64,000 nt of DNA from Eledone cirrhosa (Eukaryota). The notes beneath the pieces are model-generated. The model was not told where the DNA came from. It saw only the letters and a list, made by a program, of their open reading frames with translations, and searched no databases. A program made the position numbers and the translations under genes. The stretch spans positions 34,100,001-34,164,000 of the forward strand of contig OZ024740.1 of NCBI GenBank assembly GCA_964016885.1, written 5' to 3'. Below are positions 11,296-23,268 of the stretch, piece after piece (position 1 is the first letter of the stretch; every line of letters begins with the position of its first letter).

Positions 11296-12486
11296 ATTGG
11301 TTTGAATCAAAAGTTTTTTCGTATTTCAAGCTTTAATTAATAGTTCAAACAAATTACATACGAAAAACGTTTATTCATCAAATTATATCCCATTCTATTC
11401 TATTCTATTCTATGTTCTGAGTTCAAATCCCAACGGGGTTAACTGTGCCTTTCATCCTTACAGGGTCGATAAAATAAAGTACCAGTAATGTACTGGGATA
11501 ATTGCTGGCCTTGTGCCAAGAGTAGAAACGATTATATTCTATTCTAAGGTCGGTGAGTTGGCAGTATCTGTAGAGCGTCAGACACTATGATTTGCAGCAT
11601 AGAGTTATGGCTCTTTACGTTCTGAGTTCAAATCCCGCTGAGGTTAACTTTGCCTTTCATCCATTACAGGGTCGATAACATAAAGTACCAGTAATGCACT
11701 GAGATAATTGCTGGCTTTGTGCCAAAAGTAGAAACCATTATATTATATTCTTTGTTGCAGAAACTGTGACTGAAACTCAATCCCGCGTTTATACCATTTG
11801 GCTGGTATAGAAGCAAAAATCTCCCTTCATCTGTTTTCTACCTCATCTATATTGTTGAACCTCCATCCGAGTTATGGCTCGGAAAAGGTGGTAATCTGAT
11901 GGTGCAATGTATGGACTGTAAGCATAGTGAGGTTGTATTTTCAGCCCCTCAAATTCGACAAGTTTTCGCTTGGTCAGTTCACGACGAACTTATCGTTAGC
12001 ATCTGTTCACAAGGCCGAGCTTATGGAGGCGTCGATTGATTGTGCTTTGTGAAGGATCAAGTTCTGTCGACAATGTACGAGCACTTGTTTCGAGTAAAGC
12101 CTTATCTTCCACAACAGAAGGTCCGCTAGCCTTGGTTTGTCTTCGAGGTTGGTGTCATCTTTCCTGAAACGTCTGAACCAGTTTTATGCCAAACGTTCGT
12201 TAACAGCTCCTCTGCCTTCCACATCCTTTAGTTATTTTGCCGCTGCCCTTGGACTCCTTTTTCCCACTGGTAACGTAAATGGCTCTAATTGCAAATTTTT
12301 CATCATTTATTATCAAAGCTGTAAAACGAAGAATAAACAATTAATGTTTATATGTTATATATGGAAATACAGAATAAACAGTTTAGCAACGATTAGACCA
12401 CACGTTGTATCAAATTGATGACATAACATGGAAATACAAGTTGCTAAACATCATCAATAAAAATCCTAAAAAAACTTTTGACTCAT
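11296..12486 (-). mobile_element. Mariner/Tc1 relic with TIRs, internally deleted, interrupted by SINEs
   Basis: TIR-like tgaatcaaaagttttttcg (~11303) pairs with ctaaaaaaacttttgactca (~12466-12485). Minus-strand GAVNERLA*NWFRRFRKDDTNLEDKPR (~12130-12210) resembles the mariner WF.RF..GD..LED..RSGRP motif. Confidence 0.75.
11412..11740 (+). mobile_element. Two tandem copies of a tRNA-derived SINE (octopus-type), the first 5'-truncated
   Basis: B-box-like gagttcaaatcc followed by the shared core gttaactttgcctttcatcc...gggtcgataaaataaagtaccagt...gctggccttgtgccaaaagtagaaac. Confidence 0.85.
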
Positions 12487-13011
12487 ATATATATATATAA
12501 TTTATATGACCAACTCTTAACAGATAGCATCACCTCTAAATACCAAATAGCTAACATAAACACCTATAATACTATTAATAAGGACGCCAAAGAATTAGCT
12601 ATTTTTTTTTTAAATAGACAATAGAACAGAAAAACTTGCAAAACGTAATGCCTATATCACTCTTAAAGATCACAAATCTGATTTTAATAATCGTCCCAGT
12701 TGTGGATTAATCAACCCTGCTAAGACTGAAATCGGCCTTGCTAGCAAAAAAAAAATTAAATAACATAAATAAACATATTAGAAGTAAGTCAGAATTACTC
12801 CAATAGCTCTTCTGTAGTACATTGGTTTAAAAATATTAAAGATAAAAATAGCTCTAGATTCACCCAATTTGACATTGTAGACTTATACCCGTCTATTACT
12901 CACCCTCTTTTAACGAAAGCATTACATTTTGCTAAAAAGTTTATTAATATTTCTGATATTGAAGAGAATGTCATTTTGCATGCTAGAAATACTTTACTGT
13001 TTACTAATAAT

Positions 13012-13141
13012 TGTTTCTACTTTTGGCTCAAGGCCAGCAATTATCCCAGTGTATTACTGGTACTTTATTTTATCGACCCCTTAAGGATGAAAGGCAAAGT
13101 TAACCTCGGCGGGTTTTGAACTCAGTCCGTAAAGGGACGTA
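13012..13141 (-). mobile_element. 5'-truncated SINE inserted in the Penelope RT, with 16-bp TSD
   Basis: actgtttactaataat at 12996-13011 and 13142-13157 flanks the reverse-complement SINE core. Confidence 0.92.
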
Positions 13142-15627
13142 ACTGTTTACTAATAATGATACTTGGGTAAAAATCTAACCCAGAGAACCGCTTCGATGTC
13201 TCAATGGGTTCTTTTGACAGTGCTGACGTGTGTGATTTAGTCGGCCTATTCCTCCTCTACACACTTAAAGAGAAATTCCCTAACCATACCATTGGGCTTT
13301 ATCATGACGATGGTCTAATACTTTCCCATACCACTATAGGCCATAACTTAGACAGATTCAGGAAAGACTTAATAAAAACCTTCGCTAGTTTTAATCTTAA
13401 AATTACAATTGACACAAACCTTTCTAATGTTAATTTTCTAGATATAAACCTAGATCTGCCTACTGCTTCTTATAAACCGTACCATAAACCAAATGAAAAT
13501 TTAAAATACATAAATAAAGGTTCTTGCCATCCTCTTTTAGTATTTAAAAATCTCATCCCTAATATTAGCCGTAGGATCTCCACCCTCTCTTCCTCAGAAG
13601 CTATTTTCAATAAGGCATCCCCCTACTATGATAAAACCCTTCAAAATAGTGGATTTAGTGAACCGATTAAGTATATACCCAACTTTACTAACTCCTTTAA
13701 ACAATAATAGGAAAAGAAAAATAATCTGGTTCACACCCCCTACTCTTTAGCAGTTAAAACTAATGTAGGCAAAATATTCCTAGAGCTCTTAGATAAACAT
13801 TTCCCTAGAACACATAGATACTATAAGATCTTCAATAGAAACTGTGTCAAAATCAGCTACTCCTGCGGTCCCTCTATTAAATCTTATATCCTTAATAAGA
13901 AAACACCCAGAGAATATCAAAATTGTTCCTGTAGAGTCAAAAGTGAATACCTATTACAAGGTAAATGCAACACCAAAGCCATTGTATATGAGGCCAAAGT
14001 GACAACCTACCAGCCACTAGCGAACGATATGTGGGTATGACACAAGACAAATTCAAAACGCGGTATTACTCACATGTCGCATCTTTCCGACATTCCGAAA
14101 AAAGATTTACAACAGCTCTGGCTAGCAGAATTTGGGATTTGAAGGACCAAGGTATCCAATGTAAATTAGATTGGTCAATTTTGAACCAATCTAAAGAATA
14201 CGCAAGAGGAACAAGAAGATGCGCATTCTGCATGAGTGAAAAATATTGCATTTTACAGAACCTTAAATCACCAAAAATCTGCCTAAACGCAAAAAACAGA
14301 AATTTTCACCAGTTGACCACACATGAAATCACACTTGCTTTCCAGCTCATATAAACTTAACTCACTTTCAGACATTTATCCTCCATAAACTCTTGTTCTT
14401 CACTTTCCTTAACTTACCTTCTTTATAGACTTCTTATTCAGTTTTACTTATCTTTTATTTTTACTTTACATCCACCAGTGAACCCCCGCCCTGATATTTG
14501 ATTCATTAACTTTATATCTTAACAATTATACATTATTTACATTTATTTTACTTCCCGCTTTTCTTTCACTACCAGACATCACATGTCACTTGTGTTTTTA
14601 ACTCTAGATATTTTCCGTTGTCCCTCAGCCGCTTTTATGTATGTATACTTGCGTATATTTTGTACCCATTTATTCATACGGTTGTATTTTATATATGTAT
14701 GCGTATGTATGCATGTATGTGTATACGTGTTTGTATATGTATACGAACGCATTCGTATGTGTGCATGTGTGTGTGTGTGTGTGTGCGTTTACGTATATGT
14801 GTTTTCACATGTCTATATATATACTTATATATATATATATGGTCGCGTGCGTGGGTGTGAATAGATGTGCATGTATGTATATATATATGTGTATATGTGT
14901 ATATGTATGTATGTATGCGTATATGTATGCTTTTGTGCACGTGTTTTTGTCTGTATGTATATATATTTATATATATGTATGTGTGTATGAGCTTGTTCGC
15001 GTATATGCATGTTTTCTACTTTTTATTTATTTTTTCTTGTGTTACTTTATATATTACAACCCCTCCTTCTTACTTTCTCTTTGCCTTAATTTTTTATTTT
15101 TATTCTTATATATATATATTTAATTTATTCATCATATTTTATATTTGTATCGACCTTCCGTCTGACACTGCGTTGACTTTATACACTCCCTTCCCTGTAT
15201 ATATCACATACATGTATGTGGTTGTGCGCGTGTGTATGTTTATACGCGTGCGTCCTTTCATCCTTGTATGTGTATATATTTCAGCTCTAGTCCCTAAGTC
15301 TGTATGTACGCTAACTCCATTATCTTACAATTTCTATTTTCAATATATATATATATATGTATTTGTGGTCACACATACACTAATATGTTTGCCCTCATAT
15401 ATGTACTTGCGCACACATTATTTCACTATACACATGCAGTTGTACATACACACACATGTACATATGTACATATGTATGTGCATATACTCACATTTACACA
15501 CATCCCCTTACTATATTTCTTTATTTTTATTTTTTATACATTTCTTGTATTATTACTTTTATTTATTTTTTGCCTGTTAAACTTTTAGCCTTTCTTGAGG
15601 AGAGTTTTCAAATATTTCACTGTTTTA

Positions 15628-15705
15628 AATTGCCTTGTCTGACGAACGAATGCGGTCGTTTCTTGTATACGTCTTATTCGGGAAACCTTTGGTAATGAGG
15701 TAATT
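15628..15705 (+). ncRNA. Type I hammerhead ribozyme, near-complete fold
   Basis: Stem I AATTGCCTTGT(15628-38)/ATGAGGTAATT(15695-705), 11 bp with G-U pairs. CTGACGA at 15639-45; stem II CGAAT/ATTCG; GAAA at 15682-85; stem III ACC-ttt-GGT; GTA cleavage triplet ending at 15694. Confidence 0.8.
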
Positions 15706-15744
15706 ATATTGTGTTGTTTATTATATATATATATATATATATAT

Positions 15745-18700
15745 ATGAAAATAGGAAGAAAGAGACGATTACGAGGAAGAAAAAAATATTTTTTTCCCTT
15801 TTTTTGTCTCTCTCTCTTTTTTCTGGGTTAGAAAATGATTAAAACGAAATGTTTTACTTTGTGTGAAGTGTTAAGGTATTAGTTGATTTATTTATTATTT
15901 AACAATGGCATTTATTTATCTATTTATATATTTAATTATTGTCTATTACCGGTTTCTGCATTTATATGCATTATCAAATGATAGTGAAATGTATTAGTGT
16001 GGTGTCGCACATGTTAAACAGAAGGTGCAGAAAGAATAATGTTATATACAAACAAGGTTTAAGAAGTGAAAAGAAAAGAGAAAAAAAAACAAAAAAAACC
16101 GTGCATAATGTGGAACGTAAAAAGTCAACGTGGAAGAAAAATAATGTTATTTACAAGCACAGTCATTGAAGTTAAGCAGTTCAAAATGTGTTAATATCGT
16201 AAGAGTGCTTAGTTGAATCATGGTTCCGTGAAGGAGGCAAATGGTGGACTGTGGTTTGATATGATTTCCCTTTTTAGAGAGTTAATATGCAGGAGGAAGC
16301 AATTCTTGCTGGGTGATATTTAATTTATTTAAGAAAAAGGATTAGGTAGGGTGTGAGTGAGGTAACTCTTGTAAATGTTTGATGGTTTGTTGCAGTTTTA
16401 GATTGGTCCGACTTTTAGGACATTGAGTAGTGGTTGAAATTTATTAATGAAATGTGTTTCCTTATTGGTGCGTTGGATGAAAGTAGCGTTGTCTATGAAT
16501 TTGTAAATGGGGAACATTTTAAAGTTTGGATGTTGGTTGAGAGCACAATATGTTCACTAAATGCAATCTTTCTGTATTCCTGTATTTTAATTTGTGATTT
16601 ATGGAAGGTCATACGTTGACGGAGGCTGTTTTTTGTCTGTCCTATGTAGTGCTCTTGACAACCTGAGCAGGTCAAAACATAGATAAGGTTTTCAGATGCA
16701 CATGTAAAGTTGTGTTTAACTGTGAAACATTGTCCTTGTTTAAAATGGAATGTTGAACCTTCTATTAGATTTATGCATATGCCACAGTTGGGCCTTCCGC
16801 ATTTTGTTACTGTAGGGTTTATTGTGAGGGTTTGTTGGATTTTGGCTTGTGTGAGGATGTTTTTTATGGATTTGGGTTGTCTTTTGCTCTTTATGATGTT
16901 GTGTGTTTGGAGGATATTGTTCATTCTTGGGTCTCTTTTTAGTAAAGGAATGTTCTGGAGGATGGTGTCGAATGCCTCATTGTTGAGGGAGTTGTGTGTG
17001 GAGATGTATGGTAGAGATTTTTGTTGCGGTTCACTCCTGGGTTTAGGGTATCTGAGTTCCTGGATGTCTAGTTTTAGGGCACGTTGGAATCCATTGGTGA
17101 TTAGGGATGGTGGGTAGTTTCTGCTGATAAGTATGTTTTTTAATTCTTCTAGTCGTGTGTAGCATGTGTATTTATCTGAAACTATTGTGCATCTCCTTCT
17201 GGCTAGGTTATAAGGAATTGCCATTTTGGTGTGTCTAGGGTGGCACGAGTTGAATGGAAGGTATTGTTTGGAGTCTGTGGGTTTGTAGTATATGTCTGTT
17301 TCTATTTTGTTGCTTGTTTTCTTGATGAGGATGTCGAGGAAAGGGAGTTGTTCATGGCTGTAATCCATTGTGAATTGTAAGTTAGTGTTGAGTCCATTCA
17401 GAAGGGTTTTGAACTCAAACAGTCTATCTATACTTTCATGCCAGAGGGTGAATCAGTCGTCCAGATATCTCTTCCAAATATCTTTTCTATGTGTTGGTAG
17501 AAGTGGTTGCCGTATTTGTCTAGAACTTTGTGATAGAGAATGGTTTCCAAATATCCCATGACAAGGTTGGCGTATGAGGGGGGCACTTTCGTGCCCATGG
17601 CAGTCCCATATTTCTGTCTGTAGTATTTGGCATTGAATTCGAAGAAATAGTTTTCCAAGATGAATTTGAGTTCCTCCAACACAAATTCTTTAGAGATGCG
17701 CTGTGGAAGTTCACTAGGGAAATTTTCCATCCAGAATTGTATTGCCTCTATACCTAGGTTGTGTGGGATATTGGAATATAAATTGATGACATCAAAGGTT
17801 ACTAGTAAGGTATGTTCATTATTAAGTGTTGTTGGGAGGTGGTTGAGCATGTCAAGGTTGTCCCTTATGAAGCTTTTTATATGTTTTAGGAAAGGTTTAA
17901 GCAGAATATCTAGGAAGTTGCTTAGGCGATGGGTTTCACATGTGGTGCCTGTTATTATGGGTCTTAATTTAAGGTCATCAGGAGGGGCTATATTGATGTA
18001 AACGTCTGTGGCTTGCTTGCAGGCCTTGCCTATTACTTCGCTTTTGTGTGTCTTGGGGATACCGTAGAAGAGGCTGGTTCTGCTTTTTAAATTGGGGATG
18101 TAGTTGTATTCCTTGTCTGTAAGGCCTTCTTTGTAAAGGGTTGTTAGGGATTTTAGGTTTCTCATTATTTTCTGTTGTGTGTAGTGTTGGGCCTTTTCAT
18201 AATATGTTTGATTTTCTAGAGTTGAGAGTACTAGAGTTGTGTAATAATCTGTCTCCATAAGGACTACTGCACTCCCTTTATCTGCCTCTTTGATTGTTAG
18301 GGTTTTGTCGTTTTTTAGACTGTTAAGACCATTCCATTCTTTTTTGCTTAGGTTTGGTTTTTGTTTATGTCTGTGTAGGTGGTGGTATGGGTAATTAGTA
18401 ATGTGTTCGCAGAATTGATCGAGGAATTTATTCTTGCCTTTTGGTGGGGTGTAGTTGCTTCTATTTCTAGCTATTGAGTCATCCTCATTGTATTTGTTGT
18501 ATAGTTGCTCGCTGAGTCTTAGTTTTCTACAGAATTCTGCAATATCTTCCTTCATTTCGAGGTAGTTTGGTTGTTGGGGAGTTGGTGTAAATTTTAGACC
18601 TTTGGAGAGTATGTTGATTTGGTCTGTTGTTAATTGTTTGGAGGTTAAATTGACAATTTGTATTGCATTTTGTGTCTCCTGTGTGTTTTGTGTTATCTTG

Positions 18701-19190
18701 TAATCCTGTGTCTGTGTGCTGTGTCTAAAAAATGATTACGGAAGTTGTGATGGCTGTTGAAGTTTGGATGTCTCTTATAGTTATATTGGCCCCTAACGTT
18801 GTTGTTAGATGGTGTGTAGCTGTGGTGGTTGTTGAGTTTAGGTTGTATCGTGTGGTTGTATTGAGCCCTGCTGATATTGTTGTAGGGTGTGTAGATTTGA
18901 TGGACGTGGTTGTAGGGTGTGAAGTTGTGGTGGTTGTTGAAGTTGGGTTGTAACGTTGTGGTTGTGTTGAGCACTGCTGTTGTTGTAGGGTGTGTAGACT
19001 TGGTGGTAGTTGTAGTAGGGTTGTCTTGTGTGTTCATATTGAGTCCTGTTGTTGCTGTTATATGGTGTGTAGCTATGGTGGTTGTAGTGGTTAGGGTGTC
19101 TGGTGTGGTTGTATTGTCCCCTGCTGGTGTTGTTGTAGTAGGGTGTGGTAAGTGGGGGAGGGTAGATTAGGGTTTCCTTATAGCTGGTGT
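15745..19190 (-). mobile_element. Penelope-like retroelement #2 (Neptune-like)
   Basis: Near-complete ORF plus 3' region. The 3' terminal segment 15745-15915 recurs at 28230-28397. Confidence 0.88.
16420..18660 (-). pseudogene. Penelope-like RT + GIY-YIG endonuclease, frameshifted near 17480 and 16520
   Basis: IVNL...LSKGLKFTPTP, IKEADKGSAVV, FYGIPKTHK, LRPII, TFDVINLYSNIP, GTAMGTKVPPSYANL, LPFLDI, YYKPTD, CGRPNCGIC, NLIYVLTCSGCQEHYIGQT. Confidence 0.93.
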
Positions 19191-19469
19191 GTGGTTATAT
19201 ATATATTTGTATGTATATATGAATGTTTATTTAAGCGATCGCTAACCGGAAGTGTTGGCATTTGAACATTTTAAAGAAGTCAATCTTTAAATAAGTAATA
19301 AAATATATTTAATGAACAGCCACGAACTTTAGTAGATAAATTATGTCATATTCATTCATTATTTATTCAAAGTAATCCAATTTATTTTACAAACGGGATA
19401 AAAAAAATATATTCTGGATGCAGTCCCGCACTCCTTACTTTATTATAGTTTAGATTATAATATACTCTC

Positions 19470-21600
19470 GCCTCGTCTCGACAGAACTATGCCAACCTTT
19501 TCGTCGGCCATGTTGAGGCCCAAATCTTTGCCCAATACACCGGCCCCACGCCCGAACTGTACAGTCGTTACATTGACGATTGCATCGGGGCCACGACCCT
19601 CCCCCGAGAACAGCTCGACTCCTTTCTTTCCTTCTTCTGCTCCTTCCACCCCTCCCTCCACTTCACCACTTCTATCTTCACCACCCACGTCCACTTCTTA
19701 GACATCTCCGTCGCCATCGACTCCTCCCACCGCTCCCTCATCCCCCTCGCTTTCTTCAAACCCACCGACTCCCACTCCTACCTCGACTTACCATCTCCCA
19801 CCCTACTCACACCAAACACTCCATTCCTTACTCCCAACTCCTCCGGATCCGCCGCCTCTGCAGTCGAGATGCTGACTTCGAGACCCAGGTTCTGTCTCTG
19901 GTCAGCCATTTCACCCGGAGAGGTTCGTCCCCTTGTCCACGCCCGAGCAGTCCGCCGCTCCACCGCCCTCACCCACGCCCGCGCAGTCCGCCGCTCCACC
20001 GCCCTCACCCACGCCCGCGCAGTCCGCCGCTCCACCGCCCTCACCTACGCCGCCATGACCTACCCACCATCTCCCCCTCCCCCTCATCTACCACCCCACC
20101 ACCGCACCATCCTCCACCTCTTCCGACGCCTCCAGTCCTACCCCTCCACCTCCCCATCTTCCCACCCACCCTTTCAAACGCGCGCGCAACCTCCTCATCC
20201 ACAGCCCCCCCCCCCGTTCCCTTCCCTGCTCCAGACCCCGTTGCCACACCTGCTCCCACATTATCAACACCACCACCTTCCAGGGTCCCAACGGCCTCTC
20301 TCTGTCCGTCATGCCTTCCGCTGCACCTCCTCCAACCTCGTCTATGGACTTCGCTGCACGGTGTGCAGTACGACCTATGTCGGACAGACCGGACGTCACC
20401 TGGCGGATCGGTTCACGGAGCACCTCCGAGACATTCGTCTCGGCGGGAGTTCCCCCATCGCCCGCCACTTTGGTTCTGCTGGACACTCCGCCAGCAACCT
20501 CACCGTCTGCGGCCTGATTGAATGCCATGGGACCTCCCAAACCCGACTTAGGGCCGAACAACACACCAAATTCACCCTACAGACCCCCCTCCTGAACTCT
20601 CCACCCTTCCACTTCCAGCAACCTTAGTTCAGCCCACCACTAATAATACTAACAACCCCCACCCCTTCCCCTATCACACACGCACCCATACCAGTATATA
20701 TATACACTCACACTATTCACACACCCCTACTACCACCACTAACCCTCACCCACACGTCCACATTCGACCACCCCACCACTAATAATACTAAATACCCCCC
20801 AACATACCTGCCCCCTCACAGCCCACACATGAACACACACCAGCATATATACTTTCACACACACCTACGTACACACCGATACACAACCTACTCCACACCC
20901 ACACTACCATCACTAACTCCCACCCATACACCCGTATTCGACCCCCCCACTAATAATACTAATACCCACCCTACCACACACACACGCTCACACCCAAACA
21001 TGGACACACACACACACCAGTATATTACACTCACTCATACTGTACCCAGCACCTTCTCTCTCCCTCCGTACTACCCCCCACACATCCTACTAACACCTCC
21101 ACTAATATACACACCTCAACTTTTCACACTAACCCACCTCCTCTCCTGTCCACCACACCTCCGCACACATATACACACATTCCACACACACATACAGGCC
21201 ACACCTGCCAACTACTATTCGCCTGACTGTTCCTTACCCTCTTGACTGATATCTCCTCTCTCTCGCATCCTTTGCCCTGCCTTCTCCACCCTTGCCTTGA
21301 CCTTCTTGACCACTTCCTGTTGCGCGCGCCCCACAACTTTCTACTTCCTCCTCACCAATTACACGGGTCCTACACCACTGGTTACACTCTCTGGACATCA
21401 ACCCGATTACACTTGGATTTTCACCATCCGACCACACACTCACCGGTAAAACATTCAGGAATACACACACAAACACTTACGCCATTTTCGCACACACGCA
21501 ACCATACATTCACACGTAGCCTTTTCACCGTGTCTCCTACACGGCCACTTTACAGTGTGGACTTGTGTCATCGACACAGTGTACGGAACGGGAGAGGGAA
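19470..21600 (+). mobile_element. Penelope-like retroelement #3, 5'-truncated and strongly C-rich; RT C-half + GIY-YIG at 19470-20627
   Basis: YANLFVG, YSRYIDDCIG, HFLDISV, FFKPTDSHSYL, HTKHSIPYSQLLRIRRLCS, FRCTSSNLVYGLRCTVCSTTYVGQTGRHLADRFTEHLRDI. Confidence 0.9.
19937..20046. repeat. 36-bp tandem repeat x3 (HARAVRRSTALT) within Penelope #3
   Basis: Repeated cacgcccgcgcagtccgccgctccaccgccctcacc. Confidence 0.9.
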
Positions 21601-21699
21601 GATGGGGTAGAGTGTGGGGGTAGGGTGTACATTGGGTTAAGGGGTGCTTACTGACTGTAGGTTTGTATGTAATGGTAGTTGGGTCTTCTGTACAACTGC

Positions 21700-22320
21700 A
21701 TGGCACAAAGGTCTCAATCCAGTGTCATTGTTTTAGAGAGGTGTGGGTGAGCAAGGTCAGTTTTTATCACCTCGTCGCAGGTTTTACTTGGCCTACCCAC
21801 TCCGTAGCTTCCATCAATTTTCATTGCCCTGCACTTTTTTATACAGCTGTCATCCTTCATATGCATCACATGTCCATACCAACGCAATCTCCTCCCCAGA
21901 ACACATTTGATACCTCTTATGCTTACTCTCCCTCTTAATTCGTTTATGCTTCGCCTTTTGCGCACATTACTATTGCACATCCATCGGAGTATGTAAGCTT
22001 CATTTCTTTCTAACCTACGTAGGTCTTCAGCCTAATTCTCACTAACATGTAATATCGCCGTTCGTATACAAGCGTCATACAATCTGCCTTTCATTTTTAG
22101 AGAAAAACCCCTTGTGGCCAACATCAGTATTAGTTCTCTGAACTTTTTCCATCTCGCTCTAACTCTGGCTACTACACTTTCATAGCACCCTCCTCCACTG
22201 CTGATTTTGTCACTCAGATAACGGAAGGTGTCTACTATTTCTATAGAACCATCTGAGCAGTTGAAGGAGATAACATCCAGTGGGTCCTTGCTACTTACTG
22301 CACCTGAGCATCGGCCACAT
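21700..22320 (-). mobile_element. RTE-like LINE 3' fragment
   Basis: ELRGRVSIRGIKCVLGRRLRWYGHVMHMKDDSCIKKC..GVGRPSKT. Confidence 0.8.
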
Positions 22321-22749
22321 ATAAATATATATAATATATATATATATTAGTATAGTTAACGAGAAGCATTGTGAGATATGTAATAAATGACTAGGTTTCA
22401 AAGCGCCAGTACAATGCAGTAAAAATATATAAAGGGGAAAATGATGACAAATAAAACAAAACGAAGTAATGTTTTACCCAGTATATTTCATCTTAATATT
22501 TCAGGCCTGTCACCCTCTTTTCAAAAATGAAAGGGAAACGGTTCAAAACAAAAACGAACGATCAATGTGTTCTTCCTTAACTGGTCTACGCGTCTGAAAT
22601 ACGCATGCGTGGAGACGTTATGGTAGTCAATCTGCTTTGTGCGTTTCCAATCTATTATTTATCTGTTTTTTTCTTGTTGATACTATGGCGAGCTCAATGT
22701 CTTGGCTGTGGTATTTGTCAAAATGAATTTTAACAGAAGAAGCTCTTAT

Positions 22750-22952
22750 CGTCATGTGCTCCTTGATACATAAGAAATATACTGGGCAAAATATTACAGG
22801 TTACTCTCTCATACGTAGACTCAACCCACACATAAATAATGGATTAGAACTCAGCACACAGTACTTGATACAAAAAGACACACCCACAGGTACACAAGCT
22901 AAACATCTGATACAAAAAAGAAACTTGGTTTCGCGAAATACTATATTGGCAA
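22750..22952 (+). mobile_element. Degenerate GIY-YIG (Penelope-like) fragment, target of the Helitron
   Basis: YTGQ...SLIRRLNPH-like translation. The last ~50 bp match 31160-31208, which runs on into a hammerhead. Confidence 0.45.
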
Positions 22953-23268
22953 CTAGCAGTTTAGCCCGGCGTTGGTCGGGTTTGTTCATTTGCTATGAAA
23001 AGTTACAAACAGGTAAACGTAGCTTGAAAGCGCATAAGGTTATCAATTAAGTGCATAAAGCAGTTGAACCGGTTATTAATAGTTACGAACTAATTAGCAT
23101 TTTGGACAATCAATGATGGGTTAATAATCTTCCAATAGCGAATTTAGTAGACCAAAGTTGCAAGATGGTGGCCCTGATGCCGCTGGGTGTCAGATCTGTC
23201 CGCTATGGGTGACCCTACCAGTTTTCCAGACGGCATAGCTCCAACACCTCCAACACCTGCACCAACAT

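Larger units (their letters stand above)
12500..15720 (+). mobile_element. Penelope-like retroelement #1 (probably Naiad-type): RT + GIY-YIG pseudogene at 12500-14350, long microsatellite-rich 3' region ending in a hammerhead
   Basis: Motifs [107 protein letters not shown]. Clade assignment is from memory of family motifs. Confidence 0.9.

Noticed and set aside
11550-11740. tRNA gene
   Set aside because: A/B-box-like head without a cloverleaf, continuing into a multi-copy SINE body.
13900-14300. Selenocysteine (in-frame TGA) recoding as reported for some Naiad elements
   Set aside because: The Cys positions I could read use TGT/TGC. The lesions are ordinary stops and frameshifts, and no SECIS was recognised.
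14583-15695. Long Y/I/C/V/H/T-rich ORFs here and at 10872-11340, 28666-29091, 30079-31094, 47658-48081 and 63625-63885
   Set aside because: Translations of microsatellite or low-complexity DNA.
22480-22625. Possible further hammerheads (ctgaaatacgcatgcgtggagacgtta and a minus-strand ctgaaat...gaaatata)
   Set aside because: The catalytic boxes deviate at several positions, so they are too degenerate to call.
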